DNA from: Phoronis australis
Taxonomy: Eukaryota; Animalia; Phoronida
Direction: 5' to 3'
Assembly: GCA_002633005.1 (NCBI GenBank)
Contig: NMRA01000507.1
Location: 186,001 to 250,000 of the forward strand
DNA length: 64,000 bases
The translations under genes were made by a program, and so were the position numbers. Shown one piece after another: positions 40,078 through 51,491 of the stretch (its first letter is position 1; each line of letters starts with the position of its first letter). The notes beneath the pieces were generated by a model. That model saw only the letters and a program-made list of their open reading frames with translations. It did no database searches and was not told the origin of the DNA.

Positions 40078-41932
40078 ATGCAGACCAGGCAATGCTGCAG
40101 CGAGACCATGTTGTATACATGTAGACTCCAAAGTCGGAACAATTATAGCGGTGACGTATATACGTCTACGGCTATTACCAGATCCACAGTCCATTATTAC
40201 ACGCTGGAAAGACATTTCTCTGCCGCTCTTCACTTGCTATCATTCCGATGACAATTACATGCCAGAAACCTTGATTAATACATTGCCATTTGAGTTGGCT
40301 AAGTAGAGGGCAAGAAGGAAATGATAACGAGTAAACAATGAAAATGTCCCGAAGGCTCTCAGCTGTTGTCATGTCCTTGGCAAGAAGCTGCTTCTTGTTT
40401 ATACTTTCTTTTGCAAAGTTGTGTACTTTTCGTTTTCTAATGGGCTTCAAAACCAGTTCTTAGCAGTTGAACACTGTTCTCGCAGTTTGCGTCCAACAGC
40501 AAGGCACCCGAATAAGTACTCTTTGGTTCCTTGTGCGGCTGCTTTGCTAGTTGCAATATTCAGCAAATAGTCGGATGCTGTTGCTGGATCATATTTTTCT
40601 GGGGGGGCGGGGGTCATTTTGTGTCTGTCATGGGTCATTCGGTGTTCAGTGCGGTACTATTTTTCGTTTTAAATCAGTTTTAGCTGGTACCTCGGAAATC
40701 TAGTCTAGCTCAAAACTTTGATGGGAAACAGTGGTTGAGATTTTTAGGGGTTTCTGCCTGGCACAACCCTGAGTGTATTTTGTCTTTCATAGGGCATTAA
40801 GTGACCAGTAACATGTATTGAATCACATAGAATTGTTTTTTGTTGTACTTCGAATGTAAATGCTAGCTCATTTTTGGGGGTCCTTTTTGGTTTCTGCCAG
40901 ACCTATTCCAGAATGCAATTTGTCTGTCACGGGTCATTCGGTGTTCAGTGCGGTACTGTTGTTCTTTTTAAATCAATTTCGGCCGGTACCTCGAATATCT
41001 AGTCTAGCTCATTTTTTGGTCCTTTGTAAGGACCCCAGGGGCCACACCCAGAGTGCAGACAACGGCAGACGTCCATTTCTGTACATATTGAGGTAGACTC
41101 TTAATCCTACGTGGTCAGATGTTAGTACCTTGTTCATCTATGATAAGTTCTCTGGGCTACCGGTGTATAATGTTTTGGACATTCCCTTCACCGCGTGGTG
41201 TACATCTTGTATCTTGTTGACACGGCGGGTGCATGTCACTGCTCTGCGTTCCTCTTGTATAGGGGCTCTGCTTCAGAATGCTTTCCGTGTGGCTATGTGG
41301 TGTATCCGTGCTGTCTCCGACATTTCATGATGTAACTACAGAGTCAAATGCAATGTTAGATTTTCACTGTCTTACTGCTGTGCTTGACGAGGTTTTACAC
41401 TGCGTTATCAAGGATCCCCCAGTGCCAACATGAAGTCTAAAATTATTTGACATTGTCATTGCGAGTGTTCACGGTCCGTTACAAACCGACAAGGCCGCCA
41501 CGAAAAATCAACCGCGTTAAACTACCCGGTGTCCGCGGAATTGTGGCGGATGTGTGTCGGGTTGACTACGAAGCTGTTCCTCAGAGGAGTATGGCGTATT
41601 AACGAAAGGCGGTGAAGTGCCGTTTGAACCGCCAAGGCGAGAAATGAGCAATAGGACATGCCTCTTAAAACAAGCACTGGAGAAAATCGAGAGCTGAAAT
41701 GCCACGCAAGGAAAAACACTTTAGGCCATGTCAGACAGTTTATGCTACACTTGGTCTTGCTTTTCTTGGCATATATTTTGCCGGACATTTAAAGCATTGG
41801 TAGTTTTTATCCTTAGGTCACCATCTGTACATGACTACAATAAACCTACAGAGCTGTCTGACATCTAAAATTTTTAATTTTGCGCACTTCATTCATTCTT
41901 CACCACCGTGACAGAATTGTGTCTGCTTTCAG

Positions 41933-42082
41933 TAACTGGCATGTGTGAGAACATAGAAGCCGGTAACGTGGTTATCGGAGTCCACGTACAAAATCTTACT
42001 GAGCCAGCGGCCTATACAGGTTGGAATTCCCGAAGTCGTTTGATTATTGAGGAACTGCGACTCCGCATGGACGTCAGCGCTG
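41933..42082 (+). CDS. Exon 8: CTHRC1-C repeat 2, C-terminal part
   Basis: gctttcag|TA...GCTG|gtacgt. 150 nt, phase 1 to 1. (V)TGMCENIEAGNVVIGVHVQNLTEPAAYTGWNSRSRLIIEELRLRMDVSA has a near-canonical TGWNSxSRxIIEEL motif. Confidence 0.9.
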
Positions 42083-43429
42083 GTACGTGTCATTATATGA
42101 CTTGGTATCGATAAGATTTTCAAACTAAATAGAGACGTTTCCTCAACCAATAAGGGTGCATGTATCTATAACTAGTTACACTTATGAGAACATGTACACG
42201 CGACCGTTGCACTCCCACTCATTTGCTGTGGGAGTTTGCGAAATTAATGATGACTCGGAATGAAAATTTCGAAACATGAGGCGATCGTCTGGGTTGGGGG
42301 TGGGGCAAAAGTGGCGGCAGGTTGTATTTCCAATCTTTTCGTCTGATGATCATGTCAGGGTGGTTACAAATTTTCACAAGGAGTTTGATAATAGGAAGAT
42401 CACGCACATGCACGTGTTTGGCAAGAAAAATATTTTTTATTTCCTCTTGTTTGACCAAGAGGTGGTGTTATTTGCTGACTTTTAGCCAATCACATGCTCG
42501 GACATTGGGAAGATACAGAACTATTTCAAGATGGCTGTCGCGGATGAATGTGGTAAACATTATCATATAGATTATTCCTTGCAAATATCTTGGGACGAAA
42601 TCAATGACTGTGTGAAGAGGGGCTTTCTTCAGAACACAAAGAGAGCGCTGAGCATGACGTGTAGCACCAGTGTTGATGTAGTAAATACACGGACTAAACT
42701 GGTCAAAAACCCGGATGTCCCAAGACATCCTACAAAATTAGGGTGCGCAAATCAACATAACGTTCTGCCGATACTCACTATGTCATATTCATTAACATGC
42801 TGAATGGCAAAAATGAAACTCATAATTCATACCAGGTAAATGCTCAGCCACTGTTCTTCCCATTGATTTCCTGTGAATATTCTTAAAAGTTATTACGCTT
42901 TTGAGACATGGATGCACCATCATCATCACCAATCATCCTTTCTACGGCACATACAATTTAGTCAACTTGTTGAGAAGCACTTTCAAAAAAGTGCATTTCG
43001 AAGATCCACTTTGACCGGTTTAGGGTATACATGTCACGTGTTGTAATTTGCCAGTCTTGCAAAATTTAGACCCTCGCGAGACTTCCGGCATATTTCTTTA
43101 CGACTGAATAAGAGGCAGCAGAATCCACTTTATCGCATGTAAAGTGCATTTGTGCAAAGTGTGAGCTCTAAAAAGATCGAGATAAGCTGCCCGTACGTGG
43201 TTACAAACGGATTAGCGGCGCCACGCAAGAGAAAAGTTGAGTATTTTCACTGTTGCTTCGTTTGCTGTAAGCAGTTTAATGCTCAAAGTGGCAGTTATCT
43301 CGCCCCCGTGGGATTTTTAGGAATTATAACCTTAGGGACTAGTACCGTTCCGATAGTATTTCTTCCAAATCCCACCAGGATGGGGAATGACAGCCCCACT
43401 ACGTAATAAACTGTATTATTTAATTTCAG

Positions 43430-43536
43430 TTATATCTCCCGATGGCGTCGTCCACCGACTTCCAGAACAAAACATTCACCACTGGTGGTGGTCCTCGGCA
43501 AGTGAGGGAACCAATGCCGGCCATATTAAATTTATT
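43430..43536 (+). CDS. Exon 9: CTHRC1-C repeat 3, N-terminal part
   Basis: taatttcag|TT...ATT|gtaagc. 107 nt, phase 1 to 0. (V)ISPDGVVHRLPEQNIHHWWWSSASEGTNAGHIKFI. Confidence 0.82.
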
Positions 43537-46046
43537 GTAAGCTCACATCCTGATAGCTGCATTATTGATTGCTTAATTACCCAAACCGTCCATCATCCCT
43601 TAACCGTTTTAAGTGTAGTGAAAGCGATGCGTTCGCATGCATGATCTCACCCTTGGTGTAGATTTATTGGATACGAGTCACCCAATCCAGAATCCATAAA
43701 GTGTCTGGATCGTCTTTCCGGTAAGTTGGCAGTTGATTTTTGGTCTATGTCACCTGCTTGCTCTTTTCGATGAAAAACTTCTTCTGGCTGCTTGAAATAC
43801 TACCAAAATGAAACGATTTCTACAGATCGTTTACGTGTACTAGCGCTGCCGCTATCCCATAATCTTCTTTGGTACTTCTAATTCAAGCGCCGGACATTAA
43901 AATTAAAAGCAAGGCTCACTGCGATAAACAAAGCGGAATTTGACATTGCGTGGGTTAAATGTCTGGTCTTTCGAGTTCAACCTGGATATTGAATATTAAG
44001 AATGTGTCAACAATTAACCACAAAGACGCAGAATATTAGAGAACAAGTCAATGCACAAAAGAATTGTCTGACGAAAAGGTATACGTTTTTTCGGAAAAAT
44101 GTGTTCGAAACACAAAAAGTAAATGTGACCAAGTTGCAACGATCGTGTTACGGTTTAGGTATATGCTGAATGCAGTGTTACTTTTCTTCTTGTAAATTGC
44201 TGAATGAATGCTTTTTTCACGAATCAGGTCATCTGCTCGTATTTTTGACAAGTGGAATATATATTCGGTAGTGATGGCTCATCGCATTTTGATGTCATGT
44301 GCAAGCCACATCTGTTTTAAATTGTTGATCAAGAATATTAACATCTAGCATAGTCTAGGTCCTGGTGGTGATGTAGGGACAACCGGGACTAAAAATTGAC
44401 TTGTCATTGATCTGCAAGAATGATTGATGTTATTAAATATATTTTTATTGAAATATTAAACAGACTGAAAATTGAAACTAAAAATATTTAACCATCAATT
44501 TCGCTTTCTTGGTTTTAATATTTCATGTGATAGGTTTCAAATATCAATCTGGACTAAGTTGAATTTTAAAATTAAAACACCTAGTTCGTTCGTCCAAAGC
44601 ATAACCAGAAGAAATAACCCATATCGTTTTAGGGCTCAATTTCAGTCAACTAGACAGAGCAGGCATAGTTATATTTCTTCAGTGGCCTCGTTCATCCTAA
44701 GGGAAAGGTGCCTGTGCCTTCCGAGAGGGTTATTTTTTCGCCAAGTGAGGGGGAATTCTGCCTCCCGATCAACATCAATAACACCCCCGCTTTTCTGAAA
44801 GCTCTCAGGCTCTGTTTCACATAACATTTTGGGCTCTTTCAAGTTGTCAACTGTGTAGTTTCAGGTGACTTGAACTTTGGGGGAAATTTTTAATCACTTT
44901 AGGCAATTGTTTAGGTCTCGTGGGGAAATTTTTCGTGATATTTCAATATTTTTGAGAGGGGAATAGGGCCGATATCGCGGGATTGAAAGAAAAATGCATC
45001 ATGTTTCAACCCTTGAAAACAGCTTGGCTGTCCAATGATTCACCGGTCATTGCTATGATGCTCGGCAACCGAGATGGGATGAAATGTGATCAAGTTTCGA
45101 AAAATTTTATCAATTTTACCAGGAAATATTTTCTTTCGTCGCGGCGTCTTGCAACGACCCAACGCTACCGAATATCAACGTTGTTACGGATTGTAAAAAA
45201 GACAGTTGAATGTCCGTAACGCGGAACACAACTACGCCAATTAGCAATTTAACGGAGCAATCGTATTGAGCCTCGTTTTGGAGCCCACAGCTTATCTGCT
45301 TGAATTAGGCGTATGTAACGTGTGACTCTATCCGAAAAAGGGCAATGATTTTGCATTTGGCTTTGGGAAGCCGGCGGACAGTGAACATACTACACAGCCA
45401 GCACAAACCACCACCCACCCACATCCCCACGCCGTCCAATAACTGGCAGCATCAACAGGAAATGAGGACTTGATGACATTAGTTGGCGAGAACCAGCGGT
45501 GAAGTACTCAGGTTGAGAAAAATTTGACAGGAGACGATAAAAAAAATGATGATTGCGTTGGCAGAGGGAGAGTTGAACATATCTAAGCCCCACACTACGG
45601 CCTGAATCACAAACACCAAACCACTTGCGTCCGTATTCATTGTTTAGTAAATGGTGCATTAGAGATACAGAATGAAATGAAAAGAAATTCAGAATGAAAG
45701 TAATGTGTTATGCATTATTTTAGTCTTCATAGGGCTTCATGTGTGATCAAAACGAGTCCTACAAAGAAACTTTCGTAGAACAAACTCGCAAACTGCATTT
45801 TGAAATCACTTTCTAATACCCAAAACATTGCCACACACTGTGCCAAAAGTTGTCCACGTAACGGCACGTTGAAGGTACCTCTATTACCAAAACGTGGAAG
45901 ATTAGACTTTTTCCGTTTCTGCAGTAGATTTTAAGAAAAAATATAGTATCGAATGTGGGTTTGAATGCATTCATGTACAGGAAAGTTGCCAATGAGATAA
46001 TGCTCATTGTATCAAACCTTAATATCAAAACATCTTACTATAAAAG

Positions 46047-46194
46047 CAGGGCTCGACATAACGAGCTGCAGGTCGCATTTGCGACCTGAAATTTGGAAAT
46101 GCGAGCTGAGATTTTTGTCAGCTCGTATAAAGTCGCAAAATGCGACCTGNGGTCGCAAAATGCGACCTGGCGATTTTATTAGCGTCGAGCCCTG
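46047..46194. mobile_element. MITE with CAG..CTG termini and a perfect 5-bp TSD; contains N46150
   Basis: CAGGGCTCGAC...GTCGAGCCCTG flanked by AAAAG/AAAAG. Internal (g)gtcgca...tgcgacc palindromic units. Confidence 0.85.
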
Positions 46195-49100
46195 AAAAGC
46201 TTACATTTTCACAAGCTAAATAGATTATCTGCATTTTATTTTCCTTGCTATTGTTTAACTAATGCATAGCCTACATATTATGTCAGTTTAACAGAATATA
46301 TATGTCGACAAATTCTAGGAATTTGAAAGATGCCTTTTAAAGAATTGTCACAAGGAAGGTTTGAAAATGCAATTACAGCAAGAAATTGGAACTACCTGAG
46401 CTAACAGTTCCAACATGTTAATTGTATCCATAGAAACATACAGTGTATTTACATTCCAACAGTTTTCTGTTCTGTTGTGCTTCACAACGTGTGTAATATT
46501 CAAGTATAAAACACAAACATCACTGTTTAATTATTTTCCATAATATTTAAACTTAAGTGTGGGTTTGAGTTAAACCGAGTCCGTCCGTATTTGATTAGCT
46601 CAAAGCTGCTTTTGAGTTCTCGCCAAAAATACTAAAATTTAAGTATCAGTGAAAGCCATTGTTTCCATCAAAACACACTCAGTGATGAATTTGTTGCTAC
46701 AATTCATGGTATTCCCACAAACTTGCAACCAATGAGATAAATTAAGGAGATTTGAAGTCGCATGGTTTAAGACTAGACGAGTGGTCCATCATGTCGGTAT
46801 GGATGAAAGTGAGTCGACCTGCCTTTGTACTGCGCAGCATTTAACTACAAAAATAGTTGGACAAAAGAACCAAAGCGACAAAACATCACGTTTTAGATGT
46901 AATTATTTCACGGAGCTTGTCATCGTTAGTGTTTGAATTCTACCACTGTGCTTGAATGTTGGCAAAATGATTTATGTCGCTGATGATCCCGAATTGTGCG
47001 GTGTCTATTTGTGCAGTGAGAGGCGTGGTAATGCATTTCAGCCGGTGCAGGGGTAAACTTGTAGCTCCCAGCTCTCCTTTGAATTTAATTCACATTTCAC
47101 AGGTCAGCGAGTCCCCCTAAGTTTTCAATGTCATGGCCAGTGTTTTGGACCCCCTCCCTGCTCAACCATTTTACATTGTTGTAATGAAGCAACATCCCCC
47201 TTTTCTAGTTTTAGACAATGGTACCGTCTATACTTAGTAGTAGAGACAGTGTTGTACTTCCATAGGGCCTTCACACGCCCGAAGCTTTTCGATGAATTAT
47301 GCATCATACGGATTAAATCATCAAAGTCACATTACTATATTTTGCACATACATGTTTAGAGGGATACCTTAGGAGGCTGTGGTGTCTTTATTTCTTCCAA
47401 ATGGTCGAAATACTTCTATAATCAAATTTTGTTTCGAACATTCCTTCGATCAGTTGCCCAAGTCGGCAACTGGTCATTTTTACACTGCACGCGCCAGGAC
47501 ATTTGATGGCCACAGTCTCTACTGTTAGTTGAGACTGTGGCAGTAACAGTCGCACCAGCCCCTGCCCTCATTTGGTGAAATGGACAAACAGGTCTGCCTC
47601 AGAGAAACAAAAAGTCCAAGAAAAGGAGACAAAAGTCCGTTAAAAAGGCAAAAGTGCAGGAATTCGGCGGGAATGTACCCTGTTTTTTCCTTAGTCCCCG
47701 TTTTTTTAGTAAAAGGTCCACATTCTCAAAAATTAGAGCCCCCTATATTTTAGGCTGGGTGCGTGCATGGTAACCATCTTCAAAAGGGATACTACTCTTG
47801 TGATACTACGGAAACATTATTTTATAACTAATCATCGGAAATAGTCCTTTTGTGTAATTCACAAATAGTGGTCTTCAAGTTCTTCAAAATTCCACCCTTT
47901 CGATGGTGGTCAATTCTTTTGTATTTTGTTCATTTTTTGGTTGCTTGGGTCAAATGTCTTGATACTGCTGTGCTGGGCACGAGTGTTTTGTATTTCTATG
48001 AATTTGGAATTCCCTCGGGAATACTTGGCAGTGTCGGATTTACATGTATAGAGGGACAAAAGGACATTTCCTCCGAACTGCTTCACCGACAGAGAGTCCC
48101 GTCTGAAATGGGACACCTTAAGATGAATGACTAAACATAATTAAGCTTGGAAAACGAGTGACAGTTCATTCCGCTGCCGTGTTGTCACAAAATGATGCAG
48201 GAAGTGTTCTTCAACATGAAAGCCGGTTGTGCCATTTCGAAAAAGCAGCAAAATGGAGATAATCTATTACAGCATTAGGCCCACAAAAAGTTGGCCACTT
48301 GAATATCATCATTGCCCTCTTTCAAGGGCAGGGCCCCTAAATATGAAAACATCTATATATTTTTCGAAAATCAGGTAATGCGCAGCAATTGATGTTACCT
48401 GTCAGATTATCAATTTTTCTCAAGCAATGTACAGTTTCGACAAAAAATAAAGAGAATGTTGTCTCGGATATCCCTTGCCAGATATTTGACTCAGGAAAAA
48501 AATAGTTTTGCATTCGCAAAACTGACTTATTGAGTTTAAAAATCCAATGAATTAGTACGCTCATCAAAGCTTCGCTTTACAAATTTTCTCGATTTTTTAA
48601 CTATATGTACGAGTATGAATGATTACGTGCACATTATAAAATGCGTTCAGACGACCCGTACTGCAAAAGTGGAGACCCTAACAATGTACTGGCCGGGGTC
48701 GTCAAAAATTAAACCACGCGCTGTTGTCCACCCACTGTTGTTAAATGTTGTCTTAGAATTTTCTCTCTTGTCCGTATTTCGCAGTCTTTTTTTCTCTATT
48801 GTCCCCTGCTCCACGCCTATGTCGGCTGCCACGGTTTAACCCTGACGCCTGAAAATTTTTTGGGGACCTGTGTCCCCCCCACGGCCCCCGCTTCCTACGG
48901 CACTGCATTTCTGGTAACACTCACAGCACGACGACACCTTTATATATTTTGAAAGATTTTGTCAAATCGACGAAAGACGATTAAGTTGACAAAACTGATT
49001 AGCCGACATTGCATCAACGGAAGACTATTGAATTGACAGAGCGGAATGGACTGAACTAGTTTGAATTTGCGAATTGACATACATGAAATAGAATTGACTT

Positions 49101-49445
49101 AAAAAACACAATTGAACTAACAAAGTAACATTGTGTCTGTGACAAAGGACACAATAGGTAAAATGAAGTCCATACGGGCATAAAAAAGACGAAATGAAGC
49201 GTCGCATTCACGAAATAGCATTGGATGTGCAACATCATAAGATTGAGGTTATTTTCTTGAATTGAGTGTCCGATAGTAGCAATTTTTCCCTTTTGCCCCC
49301 CTCACCCCATCAATAACCATTCTTGGCGTTCATGTGATGCATCAGATCCTCATAGGAGGTATCTTTGGTTCATTTTTTATGTTAACATTTTATATCTAAA
49401 TACACTAAGATATACAACAGTGAGATTTATGCAAATGAAACACAG

Positions 49446-49446
<1 letters not shown>

Positions 49447-49487
<41 letters not shown>

Positions 49488-49510
49488 ACGCACACACGCA
49501 CACACGCACA
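49447..49510. repeat. (CA)n microsatellite in intron 9
   Basis: CA run degenerating into CACACG units. Confidence 0.95.
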
Positions 49511-49927
49511 TATCTACATAATAGAGCTTCACGGTTGATCTAATCCAAATAAGTATTGAGGATTTCCCAAAAGGCAGTTTTGAGGGGTTGAATATTTCTT
49601 ACTTTACAATAATAACACAAGAAACATTGAAATTGTGAATATCTAGGAATAATCTGGTCTCTAGAACATTTATGGAATACTGGCAAATAGTTAATATGGT
49701 ATTGATATCTTCAAAATTACATCCAAAATAAGTTTTCAAAATAACATTTGTATCTAAAATTACATCGTGTTGTGCAGTTACGTGAATTAAAAGTTTCTGA
49801 ATTTCACATCACAAAGTTTTCAACTGAACTACATTCCACAAACATTTGATTAAAAGTCTCCACAGTTCCTTGGTTGATGAGCGCGTTTCGTGATTACCCG
49901 CTGACAACTTCTGTTTGTATATTTAAG

Positions 49928-50144
49928 GACGTGAACTACGTAAAACAGTCTTCGCTCAGTTACATACGCGTTTATTACCAAGGTGACATAAGACTACGTC
50001 CATCTTGGAAGAAAAACGAAGCCTGTGGCAGATGGTTCTTCACGTTCAATGGCACAGAATGCTCCAAGCCCGGTACAATAGCTGGTATTATTTCCATGCG
50101 TTCAGATGATGCTTTCGTGTACAACCACCATCATCCCTCCGTTG
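49928..50144 (+). CDS. Exon 10: CTHRC1-C repeat 3, middle part
   Basis: atatttaag|GAC...GTTG|gtgagt. 217 nt, phase 0 to 1. DVNYVKQSSLSYIRVYYQGDIRLRPSWKKNEACGRWFFTFNGTECSKPGTIAGIISMRSDDAFVYNHHHPSV has a clear CxRWFFTFNGxECS motif. Confidence 0.92.
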
Positions 50145-50714
50145 GTGAGTATTAACCCTTTAAATCATTCCTGTGGTTCATTTCTCTGCCTCTGATATGG
50201 TGTCCATACACAGGTTGATACAATAATATTCTAATTCAAAATCTCATTACTCTATGTAAATTGCTATCACATTTTCCCCAAAGCCCGTCCCAATAGCATC
50301 TAAGTTTTGTTTGATATAGTTTGTTCAGAGATAGTGACGTCATGGCTTACTGATAACAAAGAAACGACATGCTCACTCACAATTCCCACATGTCCACATG
50401 ACGAGAAGAATTCATTTCTATTCTGCGACAACGCAATTTTTACGGCAACCCGTGCATGGCTTTTTATGTAATTTTTGGTACTTTCCAATCGTATGAAGAG
50501 TGACTCAACAACGATTGAAAAGCGCCTTTCACTCAATTGGAAACTGACTCTCCACCCAGATGAAAAGCCAGTTTTCATCCATGTGGAAAATGCTTTTTAT
50601 CTGGGTTCAAAGTACCAAAAAGTTAAGAACATAGTCATGCACATGCCACTCTATTTTTGAGATTTTAGCTGTTTTAAAAAATATGACATATTGTTTATAC
50701 CCGTTTACTTTTAG

Positions 50715-50854
50715 TTGAAGGGCTTTGCAAGTTAGATGCCGGGACATACAACATACGTCTCTATATTGAATCCTGCAGTGACACCTGCGACGCCTCCACG
50801 TGTTCTAACGCTGTCTGCCGTCTGGTGGTCGAAGAACTGTTTCTTACAGAATAG
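50715..50854 (+). CDS. Exon 11 (terminal): CTHRC1-C repeat 3, C-terminal part and stop
   Basis: ttacttttag|TT..., phase 1. (V)EGLCKLDAGTYNIRLYIESCSDTCDASTCSNAVCRLVVEELFLTE-TAG. The stop falls just after EEL, where CTHRC1 also ends. Confidence 0.88.
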
Positions 50855-51061
50855 CTCGTACTACACATTTTGGTATCTTGTGATGCAGTATCATGTGTTG
50901 CTGAAAAAAGATTTATAAGAATGGCACAGAATTATGTTTCGGTCTATTAACATGCTACGATTACACTTGCATTTTTGAAGCAAAATGGTCTTTACCCTTG
51001 ACAACTCTCAGAAGGAAGCTTTCTGAAGCATCCTGCTCCCTTCTTGAGAAATGGTGGAATG

Positions 51062-51067
51062 AATAAA
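51062..51067 (+). promoter_or_regulatory. Candidate polyadenylation signal for the PAN-CTHRC1 gene
   Basis: AATAAA about 210 nt downstream of the stop codon, the first I noticed after the stop. Confidence 0.4.
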
Positions 51068-51491
51068 AAAGGCAAGACATGTGGAGTTTCAGGCTATGCT
51101 CTCGCGAGATTTGACCAAAACTAGTGTTCTAAGCAGTAGACAGGACTAACCGGTTACCTCATTGTCTGTTGAGTGACGGATTCAATTCCGTTAACATGGC
51201 CTCTTTCGAACCAGTTCATGTCACTACAACACTGTCTTTGCCGAACCCGTAACCATTGGAATGCAGGTGTTTATGCATCGCAGACAAAACACTTTCACCA
51301 GCTTTGTTTTTTTTTTGGGGGGGGGGGCTTGTTGAACTTTACTATATACTCTTACATTGGAAGACTTTCAGAAAGCAAATGTGGACTGATCACGTGACTC
51401 CTATCAAACCACAGAGGTACTTTTCTTTACACAGGGTGGCATGGGGGAACTCTTGACTTTCACAAACAGTTAAAAAGATAAGTCACATTAA

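Larger units (their letters stand above)
36836..41167 (-). mobile_element. Academ-like DNA transposon, internally deleted, with ~530-bp TIRs
   Basis: TAGACCGGCAGCCTAGAG...CTCTGGGCTACCGGTGTA with a TAA/TAA 3-bp TSD. 36836-37362 is inverted at 40622-41167. Minus-strand remnants: DCGSGNSRRRI..LPGLH/TMMGCDVTVALYSKGK and IDRALLPPCRKTLLNKLERAHYVAMLW..LDPLNYNW (XPG-like C-terminal region). Confidence 0.85.

Noticed and set aside
46132-46169. Direct repeat gtcgcaaaatgcgacctg on both sides of N46150
   Set aside because: Likely a contig-overlap artefact inside a repetitive MITE.
48651-48712. Possible extra exon after ttcag (DPYCKSGDPNNV...)
   Set aside because: It reaches an in-frame TAA with no good donor, and exons 9 and 10 already join in phase.
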